DNA from: Mobula hypostoma
Taxonomy: Eukaryota
DNA: 64,000 nt
Assembly: GCF_963921235.1 (NCBI RefSeq)
Contig: NC_086118.1
Span: 22,694,001 to 22,758,000, forward strand
Reading direction: 5' to 3'
The notes beneath the pieces are model-generated. The model saw only the letters and a list, made by a program, of their open reading frames with translations, had not been told where the DNA came from and did no database searches. Positions 47,831-60,595 of the stretch are shown here, in pieces. A program made the translations under genes and the position numbers. Every line of letters begins with the position of its first letter. Position 1 is the first letter of the stretch.

Positions 47831-50800
47831 ATCATTTAAAAAAAAACACTATCCTGTTGTTCTGCTTTTGTTTCTACCAAAGTAACAGTTCAGGAGTTAA
47901 ATTCTAAGTAGTAGAACAAGATGTGATGAAAGAAAATCAATTATTTTAAGACTTTGTGTTCAAAAATGGCCACATTTTTTGGAATAGTTGCTATTTTTAA
48001 TCTACAATTTCAATGAAAGTTGTAAAGTGGAAAATTGGTCTCTTCAGTTCTTTGAATTTTCCATCCTCTGTTTCTTATTTGTGATTATAGCAGCTGTGAG
48101 TATAATGAAATTAGTTCACTTCTCAGGCCCTTTTCACAAAGCTGATCTCCTAATGAACGGCAGGAGCATATTACCCTTTGTTGCCCAGTGCTCATGTTGT
48201 TGCAAAATTCACTTTCTAATACTCTGTGAAATGTCCAGGCAACTGTACACCACAGATATTAGTATGTTCCATTTGGCTGCATTGTGACCTTTCAGTTGTC
48301 TACCTTGATCCTGAACATCTCTCAGCCACCACTCCTGACACAATGGCCTGGAAAAGCCTTTGCAAAGCATCAATAAAAATGGCGTGTGGAGCTGAAAATA
48401 GATACGACCAACTGCAACGTTGTGCCCATTTCCACATCTCTCCACATTTCTTAGAAAAATTGACTCCCAACTTTTCGGAGTGAGATTTGTCAGCACTGGA
48501 AGTACTTTCCCACGGTAAAAATTCCCTTAAATTAACTAAACGGTAGAGCAAAACTTGACTTGGTCTGTAGCATGCTTTTCAGTTTCACTAATCTGAAAAT
48601 AGATAGTTATTATTCTCAGAAAAAGCAGTCTTTACTGACCTTGGTTCCTCTAAAACCACACGATTAAAGAGCCAACACAACAGCTGTATTCTTTGAAATT
48701 TGTCCTCTGTAGGAGTATACTTGGGCTGCTTCTCCCATGGAGCTCAGGGTCTCAGTCACACTCAGCCTTCTAGCTTCAGGATCATTACAGACATTTTTTG
48801 CTGATCTCCAGAATTCTTACAGTTCGTTGCTCATTACAGAGGTTAAAAAAAAAGGAGGAATTATCTCCTCCTCCTTCATCTCAGAGGGGCACACAAGGGA
48901 ATTTGCTGCAATTGCAAGCTTTCCAAAATGTGGGTGTTCATAATCTGTGATCATCTGCCAGGAGCATGTGGTGGCAGACCTGAAGGTTTTCTGTGGCCTC
49001 CTTGCACTAAGAACAAACATCCTGCTTGAGTACTGTTCTCTGCCAGCCTGTCCAGGTCTCTCTGATGCCTTGGGGGTACAATCATTTGAGACTCATACAG
49101 TACCAGGCTACTACAGTAGTCAGCCCTGAAGGAGAGATACTCACCAGTGGCTGGAAACGAGAAGCTTGTATATTCCCTCTGCTAGCTGCCAAGATCATTG
49201 CCACAAGTCCAAGTGCTGGTAGCCCAGAGATCTTGAGTTAGGTGAACAAAATATGCCTCACTAGAACAGACATGGAGCAGTGCTTCTCAATGTAACTCAT
49301 TGTTCTGGAACTTCACAAAAGAATATTCCAATCATACTAGTATATTCCAACAACTTTGCAATCTGTTACTCAGTACCAATTTACAGACCGGCATTGTAAA
49401 TTTTTATGGTTCTATGAGGAGCCGATGAAGCGTGGTTATGTAAATTTGAAAGGACCTCCATAAGTGGTAAGGGAGTTTGCAGGGAAATTATAAAATTGCT
49501 ATGCCAACAGGCTTTGTCACTACTGGTGGAAGGGGATCGAGACACAGAAAATGACATGGTCATGCTCAACCAGCTTTGATGAACAAGATGCATCATCCAT
49601 AACTCTGACACGGACTCCCAAAACAAACACTTCAAATTCAGTCAAGGCAAATAATTTCCAGGTGAGCAGTAGATTTTCTTTTGGAAAACTGTAACCTTTT
49701 CACAGACTCATGGCACATGGCAGCTCAAACTGCAGTAGGAACATTCAGGACAACAAGGCAGAATGGCACACAAACGGGAACAAAACAAAACTTTGCTAGC
49801 AACCTGCCTATCTACCCGATAAAACGCCTCCTGCTTCACTGGTAGCAGAGTCTGGATACAGTGGAACATGGAACTGGAATGAAAGCAGGTCAAGCCACTG
49901 CATGTGAAAGGAGAGTGGATGCGTTGATAGTTTGTATAGAATGGCAGTAGATGTGACAAAACTGACATGCAAAGAATTAAAGAAATCATTCTCTGAGGTT
50001 GTATCCACCCTCTCAGGACAATGATTGTTGAGACTATGAGTGATGCTGTTGTAGTTGTATCAAGCCATGTTGCTTCAGGGGAGAATAATGAGAAGCATTC
50101 TGAATAAACTGAATAAAATGTTTCAGAAATAAAGCTTGCTATTTCCAATGGCACATTAAAAATAGTTTTTACTATGTGTAATGAAATCCTCTCCCTTGCC
50201 TTCCCTCTTTTTCTCTCCACTCTGCCCAACAACCCACCTCAACTTAGGTGTCATAGTCACTATAGGGCAGCTCCAGTAAGTTTGCTTCCATTCTGACATT
50301 GGGTGCTGTGTGAAGTGTTCATGATATTTGACTGTGTGGGTTCTCTCCAGGTGCTATTTCCCTACATCCCAAAGACACACTGGTTGGCCTGTTCAGAGGC
50401 TCTTATAAATTTCCCTCAGTGTTGTTAGCTGGTCAGAAGGGGTTACTGGGTATATGAGAGAGAATAGGTTAGAGGGAATGGGATTGATAGGATCACTCTG
50501 ACAGGTGGCACAGACTTGTAAGGGAATATAAAATTAATAGGAGATGTGTTAAAGCTCCAGAAATAAACTTGCTCATTCTGAGGAGTAGTTAAACATGAGA
50601 ATGAAATATCAAAGGATTGCAGACTCTTGCAAGCTAGTTCCTTCAGAAAATAAAAATGAAAGATTAAAAGAAATTGCCACAGGTAAGAAAAGATATTGAG
50701 TGAAGTTTCTTGAGTGAATGGTGAAAGGGACAAAAGGAGACTCTCATTTCCATTTCCATTGTTAACTGTTTAGTATGCAATGCAAAACCAGCCTTATCTC

Positions 50801-53729
50801 CAGGAGTTCTTGCACACTGCTCTTGAATCAGAAATACTGGTCTGAACAAAATAGCAGACGGCGATAAGTAAATCAATTCACTTTTTAAAGCTTCATCACA
50901 ATTTGGTTATCTGTGTGAGTCCTCGGTACCTTTGGAGTATCAGCTTTTGACCTGTGTAGCTGACTGTTATCCACTTCTTTGTAGCAGCTAGGGCAACATT
51001 AATAGCCAGCAGTTCTTGGGCTCAGTAGGCACTCTCTCCCCTTCCATTAATTCAGCCAATAATAAACAATTAGCCTTTCTCTCCTGATAAATCTAAGTTG
51101 ATCAAATCACTTTGTGTCTGTGGTTGAAGGATAAGCTTATTTGTACAGGCTAATTACGGGTATTAAAGCCTCAGCAGCCACAGTAATCTTTATTTTTGTC
51201 CATTAGCTCCTGCAAGCAGAGAAGGTGAATGCTGATGCCACCTTCTCTCTGTATTCTCCAGCTGTTTCTGGTGAATGAAACCTGAGGCAGGTGCTGTCAT
51301 CTTTCCTGCCTTCAGAACCCATCCCACTACTTCCCTAATTGTCCTGGACTGAACCCCTCACCAGGACGGAAAATACAGGCACAAAGCTAAAACTGCTGCC
51401 TGAATTTGGGAAGATCTTCACGGAAGACATTCTTAGCAAGTGCACTCTTACACGTCCACTGCACCCATGTAGGAAACTTGCAAACAGCAGTTGAAGGGGT
51501 GCTTTGTGTTAAGCTCCACTGACTCCTTGTGATCCCAACAAATTGGCTTCAATGTTCAAAGTGTAAGATTTTCTGCTCTTGGCTAAGTGGAGCCAGGCAT
51601 GGTTTACTGCAGACTCAAAAATTAGCCAAGAGCACAATGAGATGACTGCTCACAATTTCCCAGGAACTCCTCATTTGAATAATTATTCCAAGTGCCTTTG
51701 GCCTTTTGCCTGATTTTGGAGCAAGAATGTTGTAGTTAAAGGGAAATTCAAAAAGGTAAATGACTATATAATAATGTCACTTCTTCATCACTCTTAAAAT
51801 CCTCTTTTTCAGATTTGGAGTTTCACCAACACTAACATGCAGTGGGTACAATAGGTGACATATCACTCTCATCTCAAAGACAAGTAGGCAAGAGTTGTAA
51901 TGCCTACTGGAGTTCCATTCAGGATGGCACTGAGCTACGGTCTCCATCGTGATTGTGGCTCAGATTTATACCATGTTTTTTTTTAAGTTTGTAGTGATGG
52001 TTTGGGAACAGAGAGGGAGTTAGGGTCATGCTGAGGTTTAGGGACATGGATGTCGAAGAGTTAGAGGTCGGACCTCCATTTTGCATTTGAAGTCCGATGC
52101 GTGGACGGGTGATGAAGGACACCTGGCAGCTTGGCCGCTGCTCTGCTTGAAGACCAGAAATGTGGACAGGTGATGAAAGACATCCATGATGTCTGATCGT
52201 TCCAGGTCATGGATCCCAGGATCAGATGTTCATGTGACCAGGCAAGAGGAGGCACAAGCGCTTTGTGTTGTTGTGCCGAGCATTGTGGGCATACTATGTT
52301 AGTGCCAGAATGTGTGGTAATACTTGTGGGCTACCCTTAGCACATCACTAGGTGTTTTGGTTGTTGGTGCAAATGATGCATTTCACAATATGTTTCCATG
52401 TACATGTGATGAATAAATCCGAATCTGAATATACAGTATATCCACAGAATGAAACTTTAGTAATGTTGGGAGAGGGGGGAAGAGACATTCTTTGAGCTTT
52501 TACGAAGATTTATGCACTAGCAGAGTTTACCAAGGATAGGCACTGGCATAAAGAGGGATGACAGAGAGAGAGAGAGAGAAAGTGAAAAGAGGCAAAGTTA
52601 AACAAACCTACAACCTACGATGGACCAGTTCAGCCCCTGAAGCCTCTTCTACAGATGATTAAGTGGAGAAGTCACCACAAGAAGATGACAATGACTCTGT
52701 TTTGTGCTCTGCTCAAGGAAGCAGTGTATAAAATCTGACATTTATGATGGCCATTCCCAATGGTTTATACAAAATGCGTAAGGCAAGGCAATGGAAACTA
52801 AGCAAAGTGTTTATGATGTGGCAAACACATTTAAAAAGACTTTCCAGCATGTCCAATTGCATCACAACTGATGTTCAATTGCTTCACAATTGAACATCAC
52901 GTATTGCCTGTCAATCTGTTCCATGTTTGCCTTGTGTGCTTGTCAGCTCCTTGCATAAACCTGAAATATCTCATAGACAGAGCAGTGTAACATATGCTGC
53001 TCATGCCACATACTTCCAGCAATCTGGATTCGATCCTGTTCTTGCGTGTTGTCCAGTGACTATGTAGATATCGTCTTGGTACTCCAGTTCCCTTCCATAC
53101 CCCAAAGGTCTAACTTGGACCCCAGTATGAATGGGGAGGAACTGATTGGCATGTCAGAGAGAATGGGTTTCAGGAATGGGGGAATGGGACTGAGCGGTAC
53201 CCTTTGAGGGACAGCATAAACTCAATGGGCTAAATGGTTTAAGTTGTAAAGAAATATGATGAAGTTATTTCAAACTAATGATCTTCCACTGCTTTGAACA
53301 TTCAGTTTGCAGTTCTGCAAACTAGCTCTGTGGTGCAAGGTGAGCAACGTTTCATTTGTGTCTTCTGTGCAATTCTCAAGACAACACAATTTCAACATTG
53401 CTCTTTGGTTTCCTTGCACCATGAAGCAGTCAAACCTGTATTGCATCAATATTTGTAACGCAAAGATGCCATTTTCTGGGTATCTGGGATTGGATTTCAT
53501 GCTAGTTTACCAAATGAACTACAACTCCTATGTGATAATTAGGAGAACAGCATTTTGGCATATTATGAAAAGTACCACATAAACACATCTTTCTTTATGG
53601 GCTTTGTCGGTCTTGTTCAGATATAGATTATAGGTCATATTTTTAAAGATTGCCTCACCTGTAAAGTCTAAGTAGCAAAGGAGGAAAGCTGAAGTCTAAG
53701 AATATATGCGGAAACTTGAAGACCATTGG

Positions 53730-56700
53730 CCATGAGACAGAGGAGAAGAATTAGGCCATTTGGCCCATCGAGTTTGCTCTGGCTCATGGCTGTTTCTGTT
53801 TCTTCCCCTCCTCAGACCCAATCCCCGGCCTTCTCCCCGTAGCCTTTGATGCCGTGGCCAATCAAGAACCTATCAATCTCTGCCCTAAATATACTCAACG
53901 ACCTGGCTCCATAGCTGCCTATAGTAATAAATTCCACAACTTCACCACCCTCTGGCTAAAGAAATATCTCCTCATATCTGTTTTAAATGGATACTCCTTT
54001 ATCCTGAAGCTGTGCTCTCTTGTCCTACTCCCCCACCATGGGAAACATCCTTTCCAATTTATTCTGTCTAGGCCTTTCAACATTCGAAAGGTTTCAATGA
54101 GAACCCCCTTACCCTTCTAAATTCCAGTGAGTACACACCCAGAACCATCAAACATTCCTCAAAATGATAATCCTTTCATTCCCAGAATCATCCTTATGAA
54201 CCTCCTCTGAACCCTCTCCAACGTCAGCACTTCTTTTCTTAGATGAGGAGCCCAAAACTGTTCACAATACTCGAGTGCCTTATAAAGCCTCAGCATCACA
54301 TCCCTGCTCTTGTATTTCAGACCTCTTGAAATGAATGCCAACATTGCATTTACATTCCTCACCACCGACTCAACCTGTAAGTTAACCTTTAGGGTGCACA
54401 AGAACTCCCAAGTCCCTTTGCATCTCAGATTTTTGGATTTCCTCCCTGTTTAGAAAATAGTCTGTACGTTCATTTCTTCTACTATGTGCATGAGCATGCA
54501 TTTTCCAACATTTTATTTCATTTGCCACTTTCCTACCCATTCTCCTAATAAGTACTTCTGCAGCTTTCCTGTTTACTCAACACCTCCTGCCTCTCCACCA
54601 GTCTTCGTATCATTTGCAAACCTGGCAACAAAGCCTTCAATTCCATCATCTAAATAATTTATCTACCGCATATAAAGACGTGGTCCCAACACCGACCCCT
54701 GTGGAACACCACTAGTCACTGGCAGCCAACCAGAAAAGGATCCTTTTATTCCCACTCACTGCCTCCTACCAATCAGCCAAAGCTCTAATCATGTTAGTAA
54801 CTTTCATATAATACCATGGACTCTTAACTTGGTAAGCAGCCTGATGTGTGGCAACTTGTCAAAGGCCTTCTGAAAATCCAAATATAGAACATCCACTGCA
54901 TCCCCTTTATCTATCCTACATGTAATCTCAATGAATTCCAACAGGTTAATCAAGCAAGATTTTCCCTTAAGAAAACCATGCTGACTTTGTCCTATCTTTT
55001 CTTGTGTCACCAAGTACTCCATAACCTCATCCTAAGCAATTGACTACAACATCTTCCCAACCAGAGGTCAGGCCAACTGGTCAATAATTTCCTTTCTGCT
55101 GCCTTCCTCCTTTCTTAAAGAGTAGAGTGACATTTGTAATTTTCCAGTCTTCCGAAACCATGGCAGAGTCCAATGATTTTTGAAAGATCTTTACTAATGC
55201 CTCCACAATCTCTACTGCTACCATTTTCAGAACTCTAGGATACAGTTCATCTGTTCTGGCTGGCTTATGTATTTTTAGGTCTTCCAGTTTTTTGAGCACC
55301 TTCTCCCTTGTAATAGTAACTGCACCCACTTCTCTTCCCTCACACTCTTCAACACCTGGCACACTGCTGGTATCTTCCACAGTGAAGACTGATGCAAAAT
55401 ACTCACTTAGTTCATCTGCCATTTCCTTGTCCCCCATTATTATTTATCCAGTGTCATTTTCTAGTGGTCCTATATCCACTCTCATTTCCCTTTTATTTTT
55501 TATATACTTGAAAAGGGTATATAAAATGATATTCACTTTGATATTGTTTGCTAGCTTGCTTTCATATTTCATCTTTTCCCTCTTAATGATTCTTCTAGTT
55601 GCTCCCTGTAGGTTTTTAGAAGCTTCCCAATCATCTATCTTCCCACTAATCTTTGCTTTGTTGTATGCCCTCCCTTTTGCTTTTACATTAGTTTTGACTT
55701 CCCCTTGGCTAACTCCTCTCTCATAATGACTGTAATTTCCTTTACTCCACTGAAATACTGTTATGTCAGACTTTACTTTCTCCCTATCAAATTTCAAGTT
55801 GAACTCAATCATATTGTGGTCACTGTCTCCTAAGGGTTCCTTTACCTTAAGCTCCCTAATCACCTCCGGTTCATTACATAACACCCAATCCAGTATACCT
55901 ATCTACTAGTAGGCACAACAACAAACTGCTTTAAAGAGTAATCCTAGAAACATTTAACAAATTCACACTCTTGAGATCTATTACCAGCCTGATTTTCCCA
56001 ATCTACATGCATATTAAAATCTCCCATGACTATCATAATATTGGCCTTTTGACACACCTTTTCCCTTTGTAATCTGTAGTCCACATCTCAGCTATTGTTT
56101 AGAGGCCTCTACATAACTGCCACCCAAGTCCTTTTACCCTGCGCTTCTTAACTCAACCCACAAGGATTCTACATCTTCCGATCCTGTGACACATCTTACT
56201 AATGATTTGACACCATTCTTTATCAGCTGAGCCACGCCATCCCCTCTGCCTATCTTCCTCTCCTTCCAATACAACACTGAACCTTGGGCAATCAGCTCCC
56301 AACTACAACCATCCTTCGGCTACAATTCAGTGATGGCCACAACATCATAGCCGACAATCTGTAAAGTGTAACAAGATCAGCCACCTTTATTTCTTTTACT
56401 CTGTGCACTGAGATATAACACGTTATGTATTATATTTGCTACCCTTTTTGATTCTGCATCCCTAATGCACTGATACACATTCTGCTGGCTGCAATTTTGT
56501 CCTATCATCTGTCTGCCCTTCCTGACAGTCTGACTGCATAATATCTTTGCTTTCTTACCATCCGTCCTATCCTGAGTCCCCTAACTCCAGTTCCCATCTC
56601 CTGCCAAATTAGTTTAAACCCTCCCCAATAGCTGCAACAAACCTGCCCGTGAGAATATTGGTCCCCCATTGGGTTCAGGTGCAATCCGTTCCATTTGTCA
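53730..56700 (-). mobile_element. Long degenerate CR1 LINE (end of ORF1, EN, RT, 3' end)
   Basis: EPLGDSDHNMIEF (EN), [57 protein letters not shown]-like ORF1 end near 56650. Confidence 0.92.
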
Positions 56701-56989
56701 AGCTATGAAAATTATGGGTAAAACATCATTTCAGATACAGAGCAACCTGCTTCCAATATTTCCTGTCCAATCTTATCTTTATTATTGCTCTTACAGCTGC
56801 CTGACATCACCTTGGAAAATGACGTTAAAATGATATAGTTCATAGAGCAGAGAACAGTACAGCCCACAATGTTGGTTCCTTTGCATTGCTTACATCAAGA
56901 TCATGTCCAGAATAATGGAGCATCACAGCAGATATTTTGCTGAAAACCTCTTGGCTATTCTTATGTACTGTATATAAGCAATACAGCTC

Positions 56990-57592
56990 AGCTCTCCGGA
57001 GAAATGATGTCGTATTTCTTAAATAGGGTACCGTGCACAATTCTGATTTGATGGAGACAGCCGTGAGAAGCACAGAGGAATATCAGGAGAAACTTCTGAA
57101 ATGCCGGTTCGCTGCCGCTGCTACTGTGCGATCGAGAATCTCCGGAGGGGAAGGCCCCAAATCCTTGGCTTTGCCTGTTGCTCGGCGACCGGGGCTGGGG
57201 TCGAAGCACTCGGCAGAGATGGTGCTCGGTGCTCAGTGTCGGAGGGCTGGTCGGAGGCTCAAAGTTTTCGGACGACTCAGAGTCAGACTGTGGTCGGGCA
57301 TGGCAGGGAGAGTTTTCTTCCTTCTCCTGTCCGTGTGAGATGTGGGACTTTCGAGAGACTTTGAACTTTTTTTACCGTGCCCATGGCCTGTTCTTCATCA
57401 AGTTACGGTATTGCTTGCACTGTTGTAACTATATGTTATAATTATGTGTTTTTTGTCAGTTTTTCAGTCTTAGTCTGTCCTGTGTTTCTGTGATATCACA
57501 CCGGAGGAATATTGTATCATTTCTTAATGCATGCATTACTAAATGATAATAAAAGAGGACTGCATGTCCTCATAATCTAATCTAATCTAATA
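56990..57592 (+). mobile_element. CpG-rich non-autonomous retroposon with 3' stem-loop and (TAATC)n tail
   Basis: Highly similar to 63572-64000; GAGGAC-tgcat-GTCCTC hairpin at 57555-57571 directly before taatctaatctaatctaa. Confidence 0.75.
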
Positions 57593-58669
57593 ATCTGAAT
57601 TTTTGTCTTAATGCTCTCTTTTTGATTTCTTTATGTTCCACTAATTTACTGTTTTCCTCAGGGTTACACAGACATACGCTGGTAACCAAAACCTGTCAAT
57701 GCTGCCCACATCCCAAAAGAATATTACTGTATCTGTCTGTGTCAAAGTGTAACAATCTCTGTGATATAGAAGGGCTTTCTGTCAAATGCAGACTGATCTT
57801 CATATGGACATCCACTTTAACAGGAAATTGTCATTTTCTGTGTTGGTGAGGTTGGAATTTCACTTCATATCAAAATTGCTGGCAGATATGGAAGGCAGAG
57901 GCAGCCGTCCATGGATCCTCATGTTTATACGCAGTAGCTTGGCCATCTCAGTCTGGACAGCTGAAGTTTGTGAATATATATGCCACTGGGTGCGGAAGTC
58001 TGCATGGTGAGCTTCAGTAGTTTGATAAAACTTTATTAGTTCATAAGCTTTATTATTGTCCCTGAGATAAAGCTTTAGTAGTCCATTGGCTGATAAATAC
58101 AGTCCCATCTTCACCAAAAGCAGAGGTGTGCACAACTGCCAGCTGGGGTCCTTTGAATTGTAATCCAGAGAAGTGAAACTCACCTCGTCTTTTATTCCTT
58201 CTTCTTGGTCAGGACCTCAGCAAAGCAGGAATCCGAATTAGATGCTCCCTGGTTGATGTGGCTCAGTAAAACACTGCATGCATGGCCCATTCACTCACGA
58301 ATGCCTCCAGGCACTCTATCTACATTCTCCGAACAGAAAACTCTCTAAAGGAAATTAATGCAGCTGAGGAACTGGAAAGAAAGCTTTTGTGGATTGCTGC
58401 CAGTATAGATGTAAATATTTAATGGCAACTGCATCTGCTAAAGGCCTCTTTGACTAAACATAGAATACATTTAGTTAAAAATGGCAACGTTACTTACCAG
58501 AATATTCACAGGGCAAAACACATTTTCTGTAAAGAAGTTATAATGAAGCCTGAATTACTTGGCTTAATTTAAAGAGTCTGTGTCACTTTCAGCCAACTGG
58601 TCTGTCTAAACACTCGAAGCACACATTCTAGTAGATTCACTGAGATAAAGTAATAGATAATGTGGAGTG

Positions 58670-59400
58670 TATTTTTCTCACGTTATTCATAAAAAATTAT
58701 ATACAAGTATTAAAAAAAACGCTCTATTTACATTCATAGCATCACTTCGTCAATACATTCACAGTGTTAATGATTCCACACATTGGAGATGTTTGCACAT
58801 TGTATATACATAGCAACATTGCCACTCATGTGACCTCCTGGAATGAGTCAAACTTCAAGTGTTTGAGGGGCGTCCACTGCAGACTTCACCCCTCCATGTT
58901 AAGTGGTAAAAGGACCCTAGGCAGCATTACTTCCCCATGATGCCGTGACATTGGCATCTGTGTTTCCTTCATCATGTGCTCCAGCAGCTGGGAATATGCT
59001 AATCAACAGCATTGCCTGATGGGCACCTTGTACTGGAAGACCAACAAGCTTTGTGCAGTCCAAAGAATATCTTTCACCAAGTTAATGACGAAGATCAAGC
59101 AGCACTTGATGTCTGGCTGTGCATCCCTGTGAACAGCACTCAGAACAGAGCTGTCGTACCGTTACTTGGTATGGACCGTGACAAGGCACCTTACATCCTT
59201 CTCCAAATCCTCTTTGCAAATGCATAGTCCACAAAGAGGTGGACAACCATCTGATTCTCACTGCAGCTGTTCCAAGGACAGTGTTTGTTGGGAGTGTGAT
59301 TCCAATCACACAGAAGGAGCTGAGAGGGAGGGCTCTTCTCACTGCCGGTCGTAAGGTATTGGTGCTTGTTGCCAATGAGGCATTTTGCCAGATGAGTTTC
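58670..59400 (-). mobile_element. Decayed Tx1/L1-type LINE 3' remnant
   Basis: Minus-strand AVRRALPLSSF and QMVVHLFVDYAFAKRIWRR, matching the cysteine-rich C-terminal region of L1/Tx1 ORF2. Confidence 0.65.
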
Positions 59401-59689
59401 CTGGAGATTAGCTAATCCAAACCTCCTACCATACAGTAATTTTGAAGTTCCTGGTAGAAATAACCACAGCTTGTATTATCTCTTTCCAAGAATTAACAAT
59501 TTTAAGTTAGCGCATCTTGTTCCATTCAAGACCAGTTGATCAAGGGCTTAGATGTTTTCAAAAACGAAGATGTTAAACATTTTGTTCAATAAATATATAT
59601 TCACATTTTATAAATGCTACAGTGTGTATACTGCTTTGACTTTTCTGCCTATTTTTCTTTTTTCCATGCTGACACACTTTCTCACATAT

Positions 59690-60595
59690 TCTCTCCCCCT
59701 TTCTCTCTCTTTCCCCCATCCCTCCCTGTTGTTATTTTATGTGTACATAATAAAGAACTTCAGAACCCTCCTCCTCCCTCCCCACTCTGTCCTATCTATC
59801 CCCTCTCACCCCTTTCTCGCACCCCCTCACCTTTATTATTCACACTCTCATTCCCCCACCCAACTATTACACCCCCTCTTCCTCTGCCCCACTCCTCACC
59901 CCCTCTTTCCCTCTCTCACTTCCTCCTCTCACCCCTCACCCCTGCTCTCACTCCCACCCTCACCCACCCTTCTCAACCACACCTTTCACATCCCTTTCAT
60001 CCAACACTGTCACACACCCCCTCACCCCACTCCTCCCCCTTCTCTCACCCACTCTCACCCCCATCCCTCTTTCTCACCCACCCCTCACTCATCCCCAATC
60101 TGTCCCTTCTCTCACCCCCACTCTCACCCTCTCACCCCTACTCCCCCACTCTCACCCTCTCACCCCTACTCACCCACTCTCACCCCCATCCCTCTTTCTC
60201 ACCCACCCCTCACTCATCCCCAATCTGTCCCTTCTCTCACCCCCACTCTCACCCTCTCACCCCTACTCCCCCACTCTCACCCTCTCACCCCCACTCACCC
60301 ACTCTCACCCCATCCCTCTTTCTCACCCACCCCTCTTTCACACCCTGTCTCAGCCTCCTCTCACTCACCCCCCCAATCAGCCCCTTCTCTCACCCCCAGT
60401 CACCCACTCTCACCCCCTCACCCCTACTCACCTACTCTCACCACCTCTCCCCACGGTCACTCCCTCTACCCACCCTCACCCCCACTCTTACCCCCCTCAC
60501 CCCTCCCTCTCACCCCCCTCTCCCCACCATCACTCCTCCTCTCCCTCCTCTCACCTTCTCCAACGCCCCTGCCCCCCCCCCACATCATCTCTCTC
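59690..60595. repeat. C-rich, nearly G-free low-complexity minisatellite (CTCTCACCC units) with a higher-order repeat of about 125 bp
   Basis: ccatccctct-ttctcacccacccctc block recurs at about 60061, 60186 and 60310. Confidence 0.9.

Noticed and set aside
49708..50232. 174-aa minus-strand ORF as a host gene
   Set aside because: Non-ATG start, no recognisable domain and no supported exon structure; kept only within a low-confidence finding.
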